In this document: positions 61,491-64,000 of the stretch, in pieces
Layout: each line of letters opens with the position of its first letter
Numbering within the stretch: position 1 is the first letter of the stretch
Origin: Methanobacteriota archaeon
Lineage (GTDB): Archaea; Thermoplasmatota; Poseidoniia; Poseidoniales; Poseidoniaceae
NCBI GenBank assembly: GCA_002718195.1
Contig: PBDU01000011.1
Span: forward strand, 219,927 to 283,926
DNA length: 64,000 bases
Direction of reading: 5' to 3'
The notes under the pieces: model-generated
Databases searched by the model: none
What the model was told of the DNA's origin: nothing
What the model saw: the letters and a program-made list of their open reading frames with translations, nothing else
Made by a program: the position numbers and the translations under genes

Positions 61491-62822
61491 TTGTCATTCA
61501 TTTTAGTCGATGAGTTAAAACTCAATGGCTTACCATCCCAATTTACTGGCACTTGCGTCGTAGGTGATGTTATGAAAGAGACAGAGTTAATCTATGATTG
61601 GAATACAGTAGAGTATGAACTAACTAGAAACCCTGCAAATCATCCTCACGATATATGGTTTGACGACGAAACATTGCGCGATGGATTACAAAGCCCTAGT
61701 GCAAGAAATCCAACAATTGAACAAAAATTGGAGTTACTTGACTATATGGAGAAGTTAGGAATTCAGAAGGTCGATTTGGGACTTCCTGGAGCTGGCCCAT
61801 TCCACATTGAACACATTGATGCTATGCTCGAGCACATCACTTCCAATGATTACAAAATTAGACCAGGATGTGCCGTTAGAACCCTGGTAGGTGATATCGA
61901 ACCGATCGTGGATTTGATGGCAAAACATGAGATTGAAATCCAGGCGAGTGCTTTTTTGGGAACCAGCCCAATAAGGCAATATTCCGAAGGCTGGACGCTT
62001 GAGAAGTTACTCTCAACAATGGAAAAAGCAGTTTCTTTTGCAGTTGATAATGGGATACCTGTAATGTTTGTAACTGAAGATACTACAAGGTCAAATCCTA
62101 AGGATATTATCACAATTTACCAACGTGCTCTTGACTTGGGTGCTGATAGACTTGCGATTTGTGACACATGTGGGCATGTTGCACCAAATGGAGTAAAGAA
62201 ATTGCTAAATTTCGTGGATGAAGAAGTGATTAAGGACGGCGGATATCAAAGAAATAAAATTGAGATTAATTGGCACGGACATCAAGATAGAGGTCTGGGT
62301 GTAATCAACAATCTTGCCGCGTACGAAGCAGGTGCCGATTGTATTCACGGTACTGCCTTAGGTCTAGGAGAAAGAGCAGGAAATGCGCCTCTTGATCAAA
62401 CTCTTGTCAATCTCAAGTTGATGGGTGCAATCGATAATGACCTTACTTTGTTAAATGAATATATGCAAAAAGCCCACGAATTTACGGAAGTTCCTCTTCC
62501 AAGAAATTATCCAGTATTTGGCGAAGATGCGTTTGAAACTGGTACCGGAGTGCATGCCAGTGCGGTGATTAAGGCAATGAAGAAGGGAGATCACTGGCTA
62601 GCAGACAGAGTCTATTCTGGTGTACCGGCAGGAGACTTTGGAATGCAGCAAAAAATTAGGATTGGACATATGGCAGGACGTTCCAACATTATTTGGTGGT
62701 TAGAGCAAAGAGGATACGAAGTCTCTGATGAATTAGTCAACCATCTCTTTGAGGTTGCAAAGAGTCAAAGACGATTAATGGATGATGAGGAAGTAGTCAG
62801 TGCAATCAATGCATTTAAGTGA
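61491..62822 (+). CDS. DRE-TIM metallolyase (LeuA/CimA/NifV family; 2-isopropylmalate/citramalate/homocitrate synthase-like)
   Basis: DETLRDGLQS motif, plus HGHQDRG and HGTALGLGERAGNAPLD metal-binding motifs of the HMGL-like family. The true start may be the internal Met (MKETEL). Confidence 0.75.
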   Translation: MSFILVDELKLNGLPSQFTGTCVVGDVMKETELIYDWNTVEYELTRNPANHPHDIWFDDETLRDGLQSPSARNPTIEQKLELLDYMEKLGIQKVDLGLPGAGPFHIEHIDAMLEHITSNDYKIRPGCAVRTLVGDIEPIVDLMAKHEIEIQASAFLGTSPIRQYSEGWTLEKLLSTMEKAVSFAVDNGIPVMFVTEDTTRSNPKDIITIYQRALDLGADRLAICDTCGHVAPNGVKKLLNFVDEEVIKDGGYQRNKIEINWHGHQDRGLGVINNLAAYEAGADCIHGTALGLGERAGNAPLDQTLVNLKLMGAIDNDLTLLNEYMQKAHEFTEVPLPRNYPVFGEDAFETGTGVHASAVIKAMKKGDHWLADRVYSGVPAGDFGMQQKIRIGHMAGRSNIIWWLEQRGYEVSDELVNHLFEVAKSQRRLMDDEEVVSAINAFK

Positions 62823-62824
62823 AT

Positions 62825-63937
62825 TCAATTTTCTTCTTCAAAGTCAACTAACTCATCTGCAGTTTGTTCACCAAGCCATTCATTGACCCAACCCCCATCG
62901 TCAGAAATATGTCCTGAGCCAACTACCTCGACTTCATCAACATCAACTTCTTCACGCCAGATGATTTCATCTTGAGATCCGGATATAATGAATCGTCCTT
63001 CTGAGTCTATCTTATCTTCAAATAAGCCAAGATGCTTTGAAATCGGTAGAAAATGTGCTACCGGCATCCCTGCGGTCACGAACGGGTTAATTGCGCTAGA
63101 AATCATCAATCCATCCTCTGGTGCTAATATCTCAACCACTTGTCCAGGATGAGCAGGATCTGCAAGAGTTGCGATAATGTCTCCTTCTCTCATAATCGAG
63201 CCACATTTGACGTGCATGTCTAACAAACCTCCATGATCTGTTCTAATCCAAGTCGTACCGCTGGCAAGCAGACGGAATTTAGGACGCCTTGGCTTTCCTG
63301 TAATCATTTTCAATGAGCGAAGACTGTTGATGATCCCATTGATTGCTATCTGTACGCACTCGTGATCTATTGTATCTGCACCGCCGCCTTCGAAGGTTAT
63401 GCACGGTATGTCAGCCTGAACACAATTTCTTCTAAGCGATCCTTTTGGTGGTGTGGAGTCAAGAATTACCTCGATTCCAAAGGTTTTAGCTAACAAATTA
63501 GATTCTGGATGTGCTAAATCAGCTCGAATCTGAGGCATATTTGTCCTGCCTTTAGCAGCGGAATGCAAATCGATAATTCCGTCAACTTGTGAAAAGATAT
63601 GGTTCCAAAGCCTATTTGCAACCCTTCTAGTTGTACTTCCTTTTGGATTTCCTGGGAATTGACGGTTTAAGTCTCTACCATCTGGGAAGTATCTCAACTT
63701 CCTTTGGTAACCAGGGGTATTTACAACAGGGATTACGATAATTGTACCAGTTACTTGTTCAGGATCAAGTGGCTTATTTTCTCCGAGTAATGTTGGAGAA
63801 AGCAAGTGAGTGCATGCGCTTGGACCAACTAATTCATCTCCATGGATTCCTCCAATTACGCATACTCTAGGACCGGGCCGTCTGCCGTGTATAACCGTCA
63901 CAGGAATAGGCCAAGAATCCCCAATTGTAACTTCCAA
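62825..63937 (-). CDS. Succinylglutamate desuccinylase/aspartoacylase-family zinc hydrolase
   Basis: N-terminal VIGGIHGDELVG motif characteristic of the AstE_AspA family. 370 aa. Confidence 0.75.
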   Translation of the reverse strand: MEVTIGDSWPIPVTVIHGRRPGPRVCVIGGIHGDELVGPSACTHLLSPTLLGENKPLDPEQVTGTIIVIPVVNTPGYQRKLRYFPDGRDLNRQFPGNPKGSTTRRVANRLWNHIFSQVDGIIDLHSAAKGRTNMPQIRADLAHPESNLLAKTFGIEVILDSTPPKGSLRRNCVQADIPCITFEGGGADTIDHECVQIAINGIINSLRSLKMITGKPRRPKFRLLASGTTWIRTDHGGLLDMHVKCGSIMREGDIIATLADPAHPGQVVEILAPEDGLMISSAINPFVTAGMPVAHFLPISKHLGLFEDKIDSEGRFIISGSQDEIIWREEVDVDEVEVVGSGHISDDGGWVNEWLGEQTADELVDFEEEN

Positions 63938-64000
63938 AAGAGGGAAATCTATTGTTCTAAATGTCCCCGGTTCTACCTTCTTTCGCTGGAATGTAAATGA

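Overview
Dense, AT-rich (roughly 40% GC by eye) archaeal chromosomal segment; the archaeal assignment rests on an A-type ATP synthase operon, Orc1/Cdc6, aIF2-gamma, ribosomal protein S6e, Dph2 and an HTH_10 regulator. About 57 protein genes on both strands, almost no non-coding DNA, and no rRNA, tRNA or CRISPR detected.

Main blocks:
- (i) a tandem trio of KaiC-like RecA-fold proteins plus a UbiE-like methyltransferase;
- (ii) a complete atpHIKECFABD A1AO ATP synthase operon, followed without spacer by a large polytopic membrane glycoprotein gene;
- (iii) panE, nadB;
- (iv) smc-scpA-scpB;
- (v) class II HMG-CoA reductase;
- (vi) an Arch_ATPase-like NTPase / beta-propeller / small-protein operon, preceded by an intergenic array of ATTAACGCT motifs;
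- (vii) S6e-aIF2gamma-PIN, orc1/cdc6, dph2, a PRTase, a GcvH-like protein and an acyl-CoA dehydrogenase;
- (viii) a bacterial-type class II CCA/nucleotidyltransferase, a ParB-like protein, and an M61 peptidase-HEAT-PIMT operon;
- (ix) a 1.4-kb low-GC cassette with a single lysine-rich orphan gene, flanked by 50-bp imperfect direct repeats that duplicate the 3' end of the upstream gene (a probable site-specific integration remnant);
- (x) a thymidylate kinase fused to an unknown C-terminal domain;
- (xi) a secreted protease cluster (M28 peptidase, a large HExxH/PKD metalloprotease);
- (xii) aroD, gyrB-gyrA, a LeuA/CimA-family synthase and an AstE/AspA-family hydrolase.

All functional calls are from motif recognition by eye. 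No database searches were run. In my own position count the TTG at feature 1 sits one base off the ORF-track start, so small off-by-one errors in hand-adjusted starts are possible.
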